The notes under the pieces were generated by a model that was not told the origin of the DNA, ran no database searches, and saw only the letters and a program-made list of their open reading frames with translations. A DNA stretch of 64,000 nucleotides from assembly GCA_963728205.1 (NCBI GenBank), contig CAVSIV010000001.1, positions 480,001 to 544,000 on the forward strand, given 5' to 3'. A program made the translations under genes and the position numbers. The DNA comes from an uncultured Chloroflexia bacterium. GTDB lineage: Bacteria; Chloroflexota; Dehalococcoidia; UBA2979. Of this stretch, positions 39,040 through 48,454 are shown piece after piece (position 1 is the stretch's first letter; the number at the start of each line of letters is the position of its first letter).

Positions 39040-40935
39040 TCAGGCGCTCGCGGGCGGGAGCGTGCGCAGGAACGCGAGCGCCTCGCTCGCGGTCGCCACG
39101 CGCACCACGTGGATGCGAAGCGCGATCGCGACGGCGTCCGTGTAGTTGCCAGGCGGCACGAGGAAGTACTCGGCGCCGGCGCGCTCGGCGGCGGCGACCT
39201 TCTGCTGCACGCCGCCGATCGTCCCCACGTTGCCGTCGAGGTCGATCGTCCCGGTGCCGGCCACGCGATGACCGCGCGTGAGGTCGTCGGGCGTGAGGGC
39301 GTTGGTCACCGCCAGCGTGAACATCAGCCCGGCGGACGGGCCCCCCTCCACCTTCTCCGGCGTGATCGTGACGGGAAACGGCAGGTCGAGATGGTCGCCC
39401 GTCGGCGCGACGTTGATGCCGATGCGCGGCGTCGTCGACCCGGCAGCCGGCGGCATCAGCGGCACCACGAGCGAAACGGCGGCGCCGCCGCGCCGCACGA
39501 CGAGGTCTGCGCTGGTGGCGTCGGGCGTGCGCGCGAGCGTCGCCGACACGTCGGCCGGCGTCGCGACCGGCGTGCCGTTCACGCTCACGATCTCGTCTCC
39601 GAGGCGCAGCACCGCGGTCGCGCGGCTCGACCGAAGGATGCCGACCACCTCAGCGCCCTCGAAGCGCAGGTCGGCCTGAAAGCCGGCGAGCCGCAGGCCG
39701 ACGACGATCGCCGTCTTCTCGCTCTGCTGCAGGTCGCGGAAGCCCTCGATGGCGAGCTGCTGCGGCGTCGTGTTCGGCGGCACGATGTTGCGCGCCGTCG
39801 TGAGGCGGATGGCCGGGTCGAAGTGCGCGTAGATCCACTCGGCGACGACGATCGGGGCCTGCGGGATCACCGTGGTGAGGATGAGCGTGCCGGCGGCCGG
39901 GTGGGCGCGTTCGGCCGGCACGTGGACCATCGGCTCGACGGACGCGGTGGGGCCGGGCGCCTCCATGCCGGCGTTCGTCGGCAGGAGCATGGCGCCGGGC
40001 GTGGTGAGGACGAAGGCGGCCGCGGCAACGGCGGCGAAGCCGGCGATCCGCGCGGCGCGGGTGCGCGGCGCATGGTCGGGCGCAGGCGCGGACGCGGCCG
40101 CCGGGTCGGCGAGCCCCACCGCGGGACCGGCCCCGGCGAGGGGCGCGCCCGCGCCGAACCGACCCCGCGGCATCTGTGCGAGCAGCGGGAGGGCGGCGAG
40201 CGCCGCGACGGCGAGCGTCGCGGTTGCCGTCTCGGTGCTGAAGCGCGCGTGCTGCCACGAGAGCAGCGTCGCCCACCCGGCGAGGCCGGCGAGCCACAGC
40301 ACGCCCAGCGCCCACGCGAGGCGGGTGGCCGTCGCGGGCGCGCCCAGCAGCCACCAGGTCAGCGCGCGCAGCAGGCGGCCGCCGTCGAACGGAAATCCCG
40401 GCGCGAGGTTCACCAGCGCGATCCCGCCGTGGAAGCAGACGAGGAAGAACGCGACCACCGTCGTGAAGGTGCCCAGCCCCGCCTGCCACGCGACCGCGGC
40501 GACGGCGGCGCAGACGAGGCTCGCGGCCGGCCCCGCCGTCGCCATTGCGGCCTCGGCGCCCGGCGCGGCGGCCCGCGGCCACGCCTGCGCGGCGTCGCCG
40601 AGCGGGTAGAGCGGGACGCGCGGCGGCAGCGTCGCGCCGGCGCCGTGCGCGACCCACGCGTGCGCGGCCGCGTGTACCACGAGCCCCGCGACGGCCCCCG
40701 CCACGATCACGACCGCCGCCGCCCACGCGCCGCGCGCAGAGAGCGACGCGCCGAGCAGCGGCACGTAGAGCGCGTGCACGCCCCACGCGGCCGCAGGCAG
40801 CACGACGACCCAGCTCGCGCCGAGCGCGATGCGCGTCGGGCCGGCGGGGAAATCGAGGCTGACGCGACGCGTCGCGAGGGCCACGGTGAGCGCATCCTTC
40901 CGTGCGCGCGCCGGGGGGCCGAGCGTCGCGGGCAC
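39040..40935 (-). CDS. Fusion: M50 site-2-protease-like membrane domain + PDZ + Lon-like (S16, YlbL-type) protease domain
   Basis: HAAAH (HExxH variant), AGP, NLAPGFPFDGG; then PDZ (LRLGDEIVSVNG) and GGPSAGLMF...GTGTI...IGGVQQK. Confidence 0.75.
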   Translation of the reverse strand: MPATLGPPARARKDALTVALATRRVSLDFPAGPTRIALGASWVVVLPAAAWGVHALYVPLLGASLSARGAWAAAVVIVAGAVAGLVVHAAAHAWVAHGAGATLPPRVPLYPLGDAAQAWPRAAAPGAEAAMATAGPAASLVCAAVAAVAWQAGLGTFTTVVAFFLVCFHGGIALVNLAPGFPFDGGRLLRALTWWLLGAPATATRLAWALGVLWLAGLAGWATLLSWQHARFSTETATATLAVAALAALPLLAQMPRGRFGAGAPLAGAGPAVGLADPAAASAPAPDHAPRTRAARIAGFAAVAAAAFVLTTPGAMLLPTNAGMEAPGPTASVEPMVHVPAERAHPAAGTLILTTVIPQAPIVVAEWIYAHFDPAIRLTTARNIVPPNTTPQQLAIEGFRDLQQSEKTAIVVGLRLAGFQADLRFEGAEVVGILRSSRATAVLRLGDEIVSVNGTPVATPADVSATLARTPDATSADLVVRRGGAAVSLVVPLMPPAAGSTTPRIGINVAPTGDHLDLPFPVTITPEKVEGGPSAGLMFTLAVTNALTPDDLTRGHRVAGTGTIDLDGNVGTIGGVQQKVAAAERAGAEYFLVPPGNYTDAVAIALRIHVVRVATASEALAFLRTLPPASA

Positions 40936-41012
40936 GCACAGAGTGTCGCCGCGCGGGCGGCATCGTGGCTACCGCTCGCGGTGCCGGAACGCCGCGCGCT
41001 AGCGTGATGGCG

Positions 41013-42131
41013 ATGGCGACACACCTCACCCGGCCGCAGCACCTGCGCCTGCGCACCCGCGCCCAGCGCCTGGATCCGGCGCATCCGCTGGCGAGCGCCG
41101 CCGAGGTCGCCGCCGCGCTCTGCGGCCTGCAGTCGCAGGAGCCTGCCGCCGCCGACCTCGGCGTGCGCGCCCGGTCCGCCGGCGCGACGGCCGAGGATGT
41201 GGTCCGCGCGCGCGACGTCGACCGCTCGGTCGTCCAGACGTGGAGCCTGCGCGGGACGCTGCATCTGCACGCCGCCGAGGACGTGCGCTGGCTCGTCGCG
41301 CTGATCGGCCCCGTCGCGCTCGCGCGCCAGCGCCGGCGGCGTGAGCAGCTCGGCCTCGACGCCGAGACCTGTCGCCGCGCGATCGCCGCGATGCGGCGAC
41401 GCCTCGCCGACGGCGCGCCGGCGACCCGTCAGGAGCTGCGCGAGGCGCTCGCCGCCCGCGGCATCGACACCGAGGGCCAGCGGCTCGCCCAGCTCCTCTC
41501 CTTCGCCGGCTTCAGCGGCGAGATCTGCGCGGGCCCCGGCCGCGGCCGCGCGCAGACGTACGTCGCGCTCGACGCGTGGGTGCCGTCGCGCGACGTGCCG
41601 TCCGCGGCGGAGTCCCTCGCGCGGCTCGCCGCGCGCTACCTGGCGGCGTATGCGCCGGCGCGACCAGCCGACCTCGCGGTATGGAGCGGGCTGCCGACGG
41701 CGTCCGCACGCGCCGCGTGGCGCGCCGTCGAGAGCGACCTCGAGCCGGTGGAGGTCGAGGGGGAACGCGCCCCGCTCTGGATGCCGCGTTCGCACGCGCA
41801 GTGGCTCGACGACGACGGCGCTGCTCCCGTCGTCCGGCTCCTTCCGCGCTTCGACACGTACACGCTCGGGCATCGCACCCGCGACCTGATCGACCCGCTC
41901 GACGGCTGGAAGCGGGTGAACGCGGGCGGCGGGATCCTGCACCCGGTCATCGTCGTGGACGGGGTGCTGCGCGGCGTCTGGCGCCTGCGGCGCACCGGGA
42001 AGCGGCTGGAAATCGGGCTCGAGCCGTTCGAGCCGCTCCGGCGCGGGGTCCTGCGACAGGCGCGTCGCGAGATCGCGGACATTGGCCGCTTCCTGGACGT
42101 CGACGCGGCGCTGGTTCCGGCCGCCGGCTGA
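41013..42131 (+). CDS. AlkZ-like (HTH_42, QxQ) DNA glycosylase
   Basis: GLQSQE, WSLRGTLHL, YAPARPADLAVWSGL, LLPRFDTYTLG; -10 TAGCGT 7 nt before ATG. Confidence 0.85.
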   Translation: MATHLTRPQHLRLRTRAQRLDPAHPLASAAEVAAALCGLQSQEPAAADLGVRARSAGATAEDVVRARDVDRSVVQTWSLRGTLHLHAAEDVRWLVALIGPVALARQRRRREQLGLDAETCRRAIAAMRRRLADGAPATRQELREALAARGIDTEGQRLAQLLSFAGFSGEICAGPGRGRAQTYVALDAWVPSRDVPSAAESLARLAARYLAAYAPARPADLAVWSGLPTASARAAWRAVESDLEPVEVEGERAPLWMPRSHAQWLDDDGAAPVVRLLPRFDTYTLGHRTRDLIDPLDGWKRVNAGGGILHPVIVVDGVLRGVWRLRRTGKRLEIGLEPFEPLRRGVLRQARREIADIGRFLDVDAALVPAAG

Positions 42132-42260
42132 CCGCGCGGCTATAAGCAGATCGGAAGGCGGGCTGTTGCGGCGCGAAGCCATGGGCGCACGCCGGTGGAC
42201 TACCGTGCAGCCGACGGCGCGACCCGCCCGCGGCCCGCGCCCGCACCCAGGAGGAACGAG

Positions 42261-43139
42261 ATGGACATCGACTCCGCCATGGCGGCCATCCAGGAGCACG
42301 ACGGCGTGCTCACCGGCCCGCTCAAGGCGCCCGCCAACCTGGCCGCCGACGCGGCCGGCAGCATCCACGACGACGAGACCGCGCAGAAGCTCGGCTTCCG
42401 CGGCGGCACCGTCGCCGGTTCGGTGCACATGCAGCAGTTCCCGCCGATGCTCGTCCGCGCGTTCGGCCCGGAGTGGTTCGAGACCGGCACGATCTCGACG
42501 TACTTCCGCAACGCGACGATGCACGGCGAGCCCGTCCAGCCATTCGCGAAGGTCCCGGCGCGCCGTACCGACGCGCAGACCGACATCTGGATGCATCGCG
42601 ACACCGGCGCGCTCGTGCTCGAGGGCACGGCGTCGGTGGGCAACCCCGGTGTGCCGACATGCATCGACGAGCGCCTGGCGAACCTCCCGGAGCGCGGCGA
42701 GACGCGCATCCTCGAGCTCGCCCGGCCCGGCACGACGACGCCCGAGGAGCCGGTCCATCGCACCGACCCCGTTCGGCGCGAGCGTCAGCTGCAGGCGATG
42801 ACCGAGCCGCTCGACTGGTACGACGGCCCGACTCCGTGGGGCGGCCCGATCGTGAATCCCGGCGTTGCGGTCGGCCTCTTCCGCGGCCCGGAGCGGCACT
42901 TCAACCTGCGTCGCGAGGGCGTGGTGGGCCTCTTCGGCGCCATCGAGATCCGGCACCTCAACGGTCCGATCTTCGAGGACCGCGCCTACACCTGCTCCGG
43001 CGAACTGCTCGCCGTCGGCGAGACGCCGAAGTCCGAGTACATCTGGTACCGCAGCACGCTGCACGAGCAGGGCCGCGACGTCGCGCAGATGGTGATGATG
43101 CTGCGGTTCATGAAGGCATCGTCTCCGCTCTGGCCATAA
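42261..43139 (+). CDS. Hypothetical protein, probable double hot-dog (MaoC-like) fold
   Basis: SIHDDETAQKLGFRGGTVAG resembles the hydratase-2 motif; RBS AGGAGG. Confidence 0.65.
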   Translation: MDIDSAMAAIQEHDGVLTGPLKAPANLAADAAGSIHDDETAQKLGFRGGTVAGSVHMQQFPPMLVRAFGPEWFETGTISTYFRNATMHGEPVQPFAKVPARRTDAQTDIWMHRDTGALVLEGTASVGNPGVPTCIDERLANLPERGETRILELARPGTTTPEEPVHRTDPVRRERQLQAMTEPLDWYDGPTPWGGPIVNPGVAVGLFRGPERHFNLRREGVVGLFGAIEIRHLNGPIFEDRAYTCSGELLAVGETPKSEYIWYRSTLHEQGRDVAQMVMMLRFMKASSPLWP

Positions 43140-43163
43140 GGCGGCCCTCGCCCCGCCGCCGGT

Positions 43164-43393
43164 CGTCAAGCGGCGGCAGCATGCCGCCGATGCGGTCGGC
43201 GGCATCAGCCGCGGACGAGATCGGCGCCGGGCGCGCGAGCCGCGGCGGCGGCGGGCATCGGCCCGTCACAGCCGCGGACCCGCCGGCGGGCACGCGCCCG
43301 CCCCAGCGGCGGCAGGTCGGCCGCCGCGGACCGCGCCACACCACAGCGGCGGCAGACATGCCGCCGACAGGGCGCGGGCGCAGCCCGCGGATG
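43164..43393. repeat. Family A REP-like copies
   Basis: CGTCAAGCGGCGGCAGCATGCCGCCGAT (43164-43191); half-REPIN with conserved spacer at 43343-43393. Confidence 0.8.
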
Positions 43394-43438
43394 GCGCGCG
43401 CCGTACCGCATGACCGGACAATCGACGGGAGCCGCACG

Positions 43439-44296
43439 ATGGCCGACGACCCCAGGGTCCACTACGAAACGCGCGACGACGGCACCATCGCCGTCATCGG
43501 CATGGCGCGGGAGCGGTACCGCAACGCCCTGAGCCGGCAGATGGTCGAGGAGATCGACGCCGCGTTCGAGCGCGCGGCCGCCGACGACGCCGTGCGCGTG
43601 ATCGTGCTGCGCGGCGAGGGGCCGACGTTCTCGGCCGGCCACGACCTCGGCTCGCCCGACGCGCTCGCGATGCGCGCCGAGCGCGAGGGCGAAGCGATGG
43701 GCCGGCGCTACCCGCGGACGCGCGCGATGGACGTCGACCCGCACCTGCGCTGGCGCGCGATCCCCAAGCCGACCATCGCGATGGTGCAGGGGCACTGCAT
43801 CTACGCGGCCTGGATGCTCGCCTCCGCGATGGACGTGATCTTCGCAGCCGACAACGCGCAGTTCCTGCCGACGAACTTCGCGTACTTCTCGGTGCCCTGG
43901 GACATCGGCGCGCGCCGCGCGATGTACCTGATGTACGACAACCGCTTCATCGACGCGCGCGAGGCGAAGGAGTGGGGCTTCGTCTCCGATGTCTTCCCGG
44001 CGGACCGGCTCGAGGCCGAGACGATGGCCTACGCCGCGCGGGTCGCGCGGCAGGATCCGTTCCAGCTGCGGATGATGAAGCACTCGATCCACCAGATGCA
44101 GGAGATCCAGGGCTTCACGGCGCACATCCTCTCGTCGTACTCCGACCGGATGGTGCGCGCGGCGAACACCGAGGTGCCGATCACGCGGGACCCGGGCGAC
44201 GGGTCGCGGCGCAAGTACGTGAGCGTGGAGCGCGCCCGCGCGAACCGCGCCGCGACGGAAGGCGACGAGCCCGGGGGGAGCGGCACCGGCGCCTGA
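43439..44296 (+). CDS. Enoyl-CoA hydratase/isomerase family protein
   Basis: RNAL, FSAGHDL, KPTIAMVQG, DVIFAADNA. Confidence 0.9.
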   Translation: MADDPRVHYETRDDGTIAVIGMARERYRNALSRQMVEEIDAAFERAAADDAVRVIVLRGEGPTFSAGHDLGSPDALAMRAEREGEAMGRRYPRTRAMDVDPHLRWRAIPKPTIAMVQGHCIYAAWMLASAMDVIFAADNAQFLPTNFAYFSVPWDIGARRAMYLMYDNRFIDAREAKEWGFVSDVFPADRLEAETMAYAARVARQDPFQLRMMKHSIHQMQEIQGFTAHILSSYSDRMVRAANTEVPITRDPGDGSRRKYVSVERARANRAATEGDEPGGSGTGA

Positions 44297-44388
44297 TCCG
44301 ACGCCGTGCGGTCAACTTCGAGCCGCGCCCGGTCCAGGCGCGGGTCGGCTGCGATCACGCGCGGCCGTCCCTCGCTCGGGAGGCCCGC

Positions 44389-44580
44389 TCAACTGGCCTT
44401 CGCGCGCAGCGCGTAGATCGACGTGTGCGCGACGGTCGCGAGCGCCTCGCCGTCCGCCTGCGTCGCCACCTCCACGCTGAACGTCACGTACCTGTGGCCG
44501 TTGCGCTCGAAGCAGCTCGAGCACGCCGCCGGTCGCGCGCAGCGGCTCGTCGACGCTCGGCGCGGGCTGGAGCACGGGCG
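44389..44580 (-). pseudogene. C-terminal remnant of a hot-dog-fold gene
   Basis: 'VDEPLRATGGVLEL' then frameshift to 'FERNGHRYVTFSVEVATQADGEALATVAHTSIYALRAKAS*'; no start seen; 5' boundary approximate. Confidence 0.5.
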
Positions 44581-44650
44581 CGAGCCCGGCGGCTTGCGGT
44601 CTGGCGCGGTGGTACCGTCGCGGCCGCGTCGAGGAGGATGGGGCGAGGCG

Positions 44651-46969
44651 ATGGCGTCGAACGCGTCGATGGGGCCGGCGGAGCTGCTGCGCGACGTGCG
44701 CGTCGTGGAGGTGGCGGGCTCGCTCGCCGCCGCCGTGTGCGGGCGCGCGCTGTCCGATGCCGGCGCCGACGTGACGCTCCTGCGCGCCGGTCTCGGCGCG
44801 CCCGCGGACGAGCAGCCCCTCGCCCGCGCGGCGCTCGACCTGCCGAAGCGGCCCCTGTCCGCGGCCGGCGCCGCGGACCGTGAGCGCGCGCTGGCGGCGG
44901 CCGACGTGGTGGTGCTGGGCGGGCATCCCTCGGCGCTCGCCGCCGCCGGGGTCGCGCCGGCGCGGCTGCGCGCGCTCGCGCCGGCCGCCGTGGTCGCCGC
45001 GATCACGCCGTTCGGGCACGACGGGCCCGCGGCGAAGCGGCGCGCGACCGACCTCGTCGCGTTCCACGCGAGCGGGCTCGCGCGGATCCTGCTCGGGCCG
45101 GTCGAGGACCCCCGCGCGGACCCGCCGGTGCGCGCTGCCGGCGAGCAGTCGGCGTTCGTCGCGGGGTCGGTCGCGGCGCTCGCCGTCGCGCTGGCGCTGG
45201 CCGGCCGCGAGCGCGGCGTGCCGCCGCCGGTGGTCGACGTCTCGGTGCAGGAGGCCGTGGCTGCGATGGCGACGCGCGAGCTGGCGATGCCGGCGTTCGG
45301 CGGCGTGCCGTCGCGCACGCGCACGCCGGGGCAGATCGGCCTCACCTACGTGATCCCGGCTGCCGACGGCCACGTCGCGATCTCGCCGCGCGAAGCGCAC
45401 CAGTGGCGCGCGTGGCTGGAGGCGATGGGGTCGCCCGCCTGGGCCGGCGCGCCGGAGTTCGCGGACCGCGCCGGCCGCATGGAGCACGGCGACCGGCTGA
45501 TCGCGCACATTGGCGCGTGGAGCGCGGGGCGCACGCGCGCCGAGCTGTTCGCGCTCGCGCAGGCGGCGCACGTGCCATGCTTCCCCGTCAGCCGGCCCGC
45601 CGACGTGCTGCGCGAGCCGCAGTTCGCGGAGCGCGGGTTCTTCGCGGACGCGACGGTGTCGGGCGCCGGCGAGGTGCGCGTGCCGACGCGGCCGTACCGC
45701 GTGACCGCCGGCCCCGCGCCGGTCGCCGCCGCCGGGGCGCGTGCGCCGGCCGCGCCGCCCGCCGCTGCCCGCGCGCTCCCGCTCGCCGGCGTGCGCGTCG
45801 TCGACTTCTCGTGGGTGATCGCGGGGCCGACCTGCACGCGCTACCTCGCGGCGATGGGCGCCGACGTGATCAAGGTCGAGGCGCCGGACCGTCCGGACCC
45901 CGGGCGCGGCTCGGAGCTGCACGCGGTACTCGGCGCGTCGAAGCGCAGCGTCGCGCTCGACCTCAAGGCGCCGGGCGCGTTCGACGCGGTGCGACGGCTG
46001 GTCGCCGCGAGCGACGTGGTCGTCGAGAACTTCGCCGGCGGCGTGATGGAGCGCCTCGGGCTCGACTACGCGTCGCTCGTCCGCGAGCGGCCCGACCTCG
46101 TGATGCTGTCGGCGTCGGGGATGGGGCGGACGGGGCCGCTCGCGCACGCGGTCGCCTACGGCACGCTGCTCCAGTGCTTCACCGGGTTCTCGGGGCTCAA
46201 CGGCAGTCCGGGGCGGCCGCCGGCGGCGGGGTTCGCGTGGGCCGACCCGCTCAGCGCGATCATGATGGCGACCGCGATCGCCGCCGCGCTGCGCGCTCGG
46301 GCGCGTACCGGTCGCGGCTGCCACATCGACTTCTCGATGGCCGAGGCGCTGCTATGGACGATGCCGGGCACGCTGCTCGAGGCGCAGCAGCCGGGCGCCG
46401 CCGACCCCGCGCCGTGGGGCAATGCTTCGCGTGTGTTCGCGCCGCACGGGCTGTACGCCGCCGCCGGGTTCGATCGCTGGGTCGCGATCGGGGTGACGAG
46501 CGATGAGGAGTGGCGCGCGCTGTGCAGGGTCGTGCCCGAGCTCGAGCGCCTCGCGGCGCTCGACGTCGCCGGGCGGCGCGCGGCGGCTGCGGAGATCGAC
46601 GCCGTGATCGGGGCATGGGCGGGTGCGCGGGCGGCGGCCGATGCCGCCGCGGCGTTGCAGGCGGCGGGCGTGCCGTCGGCGGAGTCGGTCGACACGCAGC
46701 AGCTGTTCGAGGACGCGCACCTCGACGCGCGCGGCTTCTTCACGCTCGTCGACGCCGGCGGGGGGGTGCTGCGCCTGCCGGGGCTGCCCTGGCGCGCGGA
46801 CGGCGCAGCGGCCCCGCGGCTGACGGCCGCGCCCGAGCTGGGGGCGGACACGGAGACGGTGCTGGCGGAGGTGGTGGGGCTCGACGGCAACGCGGTCGCG
46901 CGGCTGCGCGCGGCCGGCGCGTTCGGCTCAGCGGCGGCAGATATGCCGCCGATGTCAGCGCGGCCGTGA
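44651..46969 (+). CDS. Fused two-domain CaiB/BaiF CoA-transferase
   Basis: Two family III repeats; catalytic Asp (FAWADPL) only in the second half. Confidence 0.9.
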   Translation: MASNASMGPAELLRDVRVVEVAGSLAAAVCGRALSDAGADVTLLRAGLGAPADEQPLARAALDLPKRPLSAAGAADRERALAAADVVVLGGHPSALAAAGVAPARLRALAPAAVVAAITPFGHDGPAAKRRATDLVAFHASGLARILLGPVEDPRADPPVRAAGEQSAFVAGSVAALAVALALAGRERGVPPPVVDVSVQEAVAAMATRELAMPAFGGVPSRTRTPGQIGLTYVIPAADGHVAISPREAHQWRAWLEAMGSPAWAGAPEFADRAGRMEHGDRLIAHIGAWSAGRTRAELFALAQAAHVPCFPVSRPADVLREPQFAERGFFADATVSGAGEVRVPTRPYRVTAGPAPVAAAGARAPAAPPAAARALPLAGVRVVDFSWVIAGPTCTRYLAAMGADVIKVEAPDRPDPGRGSELHAVLGASKRSVALDLKAPGAFDAVRRLVAASDVVVENFAGGVMERLGLDYASLVRERPDLVMLSASGMGRTGPLAHAVAYGTLLQCFTGFSGLNGSPGRPPAAGFAWADPLSAIMMATAIAAALRARARTGRGCHIDFSMAEALLWTMPGTLLEAQQPGAADPAPWGNASRVFAPHGLYAAAGFDRWVAIGVTSDEEWRALCRVVPELERLAALDVAGRRAAAAEIDAVIGAWAGARAAADAAAALQAAGVPSAESVDTQQLFEDAHLDARGFFTLVDAGGGVLRLPGLPWRADGAAAPRLTAAPELGADTETVLAEVVGLDGNAVARLRAAGAFGSAAADMPPMSARP

Positions 46970-47096
46970 GCCGCGCACGGCCCGCGCACCCGGACGGCCG
47001 CGGCGCGTCGTCGGCATGTCGGCCACCGCTCATGGGGGGCGGCGGGGCGATGGGGGCGCGACGGCGGAATCGGCGGCATGCTGCCGCCGCTTGACG
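46929..47096. repeat. Family A REP-like copies (first one inside the CoA-transferase 3' end)
   Basis: CAGCGGCGGCAGATATGCCGCCGA 46929-46952; degenerate copy ~47008-47030; ATCGGCGGCATGCTGCCGCCGCTTGACG 47069-47096. Confidence 0.8.
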
Positions 47097-47132
47097 CGGG
47101 GCGCCGGGGCGACGGGGGGCCGAGGGGCGCCG

Positions 47133-48050
47133 CTAGAACTCCTGGCTGCGCCGGTACTCGTCGAGCCGGCGCTGCTGCGCGTCGGTCAGCGGGCCGAACG
47201 GCTCGCCCCGCTGGCGCAGGTCGCCGGTGAAGTTCGGCGGCCGGTGCTCGTTGAAGGCGCGCGGGCCCTCCTCGGCGTCGACCGTGAGCTGGCGCAGCAG
47301 CGTGTTCATCATGTGCTGCACCTGCCACGCCTGGTCCTCGGGCGCGTCGCGGTAGCGGATCACGAACTCCTTGATCATGCGCATCGCGACCGGCGGCATC
47401 GTCGCCATGCGGCGGGCCATCGCCTCCGCCGCCGGCATCAGGTCGTCGTGCGCCACGACGTCGGTGACGAGGCCGATACGGTGCGCCTCCTCGGCGTCGA
47501 CGGGGTCGTCGGTCAGCATCATGCGCATGGCATCGGCGTAGCGGAGCTGGCGCGCGAGCAGCGTGGCGCCGGGCCCGGTGCCGAGCCAGCCCTGCGAGAG
47601 CAGCGCGAACTTGAAGCGCGCGTGCTCGCGGCAGGCGAAGCGCACGTCGGTGGACGCCAGCACGAGATAGAGGCCGGCGCCGGCGGCCCAGCCGTTCACC
47701 GCCGCGACGACCGGCTTCCAGATGCGCGGGTAGTGGTCGCCCATCCGGGTGTCGACGCCCGTGCGGTTGCCGTTCACCGAGCCGGCGGGGGGCCAGAAGG
47801 CGCGCTCGAGCCGCAGGTACTCGCGCTCCTCGGGAGAGAGGTCCTCGGGCGGGACCAGGTTGTGGCCGGCGCAGAAGTGGCGGTCGCCGCTGCCGGTGAT
47901 GAGGACGGAGCGGACGTCGCGGTCCTCCCACGCGGCGGTCCACGCGTCGGCCAGCTCGCGGGCGGTGTGCTGGTCGAGGACGTTCGCGCGCTCGGGGTTG
48001 TCGATCGTGATGCGGCCGATGCCGTCGCCGGTCTCGTAGCGGATGCCCAC
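47133..48050 (-). CDS. Enoyl-CoA hydratase/isomerase family protein
   Basis: IDNPERANVL, FCAGHNL, KPVVAAVNGWAAGAG, DAEEAHRIGLV; RBS GAGGAGG. Confidence 0.9.
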   Translation of the reverse strand: MGIRYETGDGIGRITIDNPERANVLDQHTARELADAWTAAWEDRDVRSVLITGSGDRHFCAGHNLVPPEDLSPEEREYLRLERAFWPPAGSVNGNRTGVDTRMGDHYPRIWKPVVAAVNGWAAGAGLYLVLASTDVRFACREHARFKFALLSQGWLGTGPGATLLARQLRYADAMRMMLTDDPVDAEEAHRIGLVTDVVAHDDLMPAAEAMARRMATMPPVAMRMIKEFVIRYRDAPEDQAWQVQHMMNTLLRQLTVDAEEGPRAFNEHRPPNFTGDLRQRGEPFGPLTDAQQRRLDEYRRSQEF

Positions 48051-48231
48051 GCGTCGCCTCCTCGCTCGTGCCCCGCGCACTCTAGCGCCGACGTGGGCCG
48101 CGGGAGCGGGGAGGCGGCCGGCGAACCGGGGTTCGCAGCCGGGAAGAAGCCCGCAGATCCGGGCGAGCCCGCGGGATGGCGCTCCGCCGGGTGATGCATC
48201 CCGCTGCCGGCGGACAGGGCGAGGAAACGGC

Positions 48232-48278
48232 TTGACTGAGAATGAACGTTCATTTATAAAAGTGAACGTATATTCATT
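48232..48278 (+). promoter_or_regulatory. Promoter with palindromic TetR operator
   Basis: -35 TTGACT (48232-48237), 17 nt, -10 TATAAA (48255-48260); perfect palindrome AATGAACGTTCATT (48241-48254) and a second imperfect site at 48261-48278. Confidence 0.85.
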
Positions 48279-48322
48279 GAATCGAATCCGCGGCCGCCAT
48301 CCGTGGAGACAGGATCCCCCTC

Positions 48323-48454
48323 ATGAACCCCGAGCGCGTGTACTACTCCTTCCTCCTCCGGCTGCCCCGCCGGAACCACCCGACCTACGACGAGGGCCTC
48401 CGTGACATGCGCGACGCCCTCCGCTCGCGCGATGCGCTGAACCTGCCGCGATAG
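48323..48454 (+). CDS. 43-aa small protein heading the tetR-mmpL operon (not in ORF track)
   Basis: MNPERVYYSFLLRLPRRNHPTYDEGLRDMRDALRSRDALNLPR*; RBS GGAGACAGGA; TAG overlaps the tetR GTG by 1 nt. Confidence 0.65.
   Translation: MNPERVYYSFLLRLPRRNHPTYDEGLRDMRDALRSRDALNLPR

Noticed and set aside
35135-39145. Very long alternative ORFs (e.g. 1336 aa at 35135-39145, 1151 aa at 35274-38729, the N-terminal part of 12672-16334)
   Set aside because: Shadow ORFs of high-GC DNA: Arg/Ala/Pro-rich and overlapping well-supported genes in other frames.
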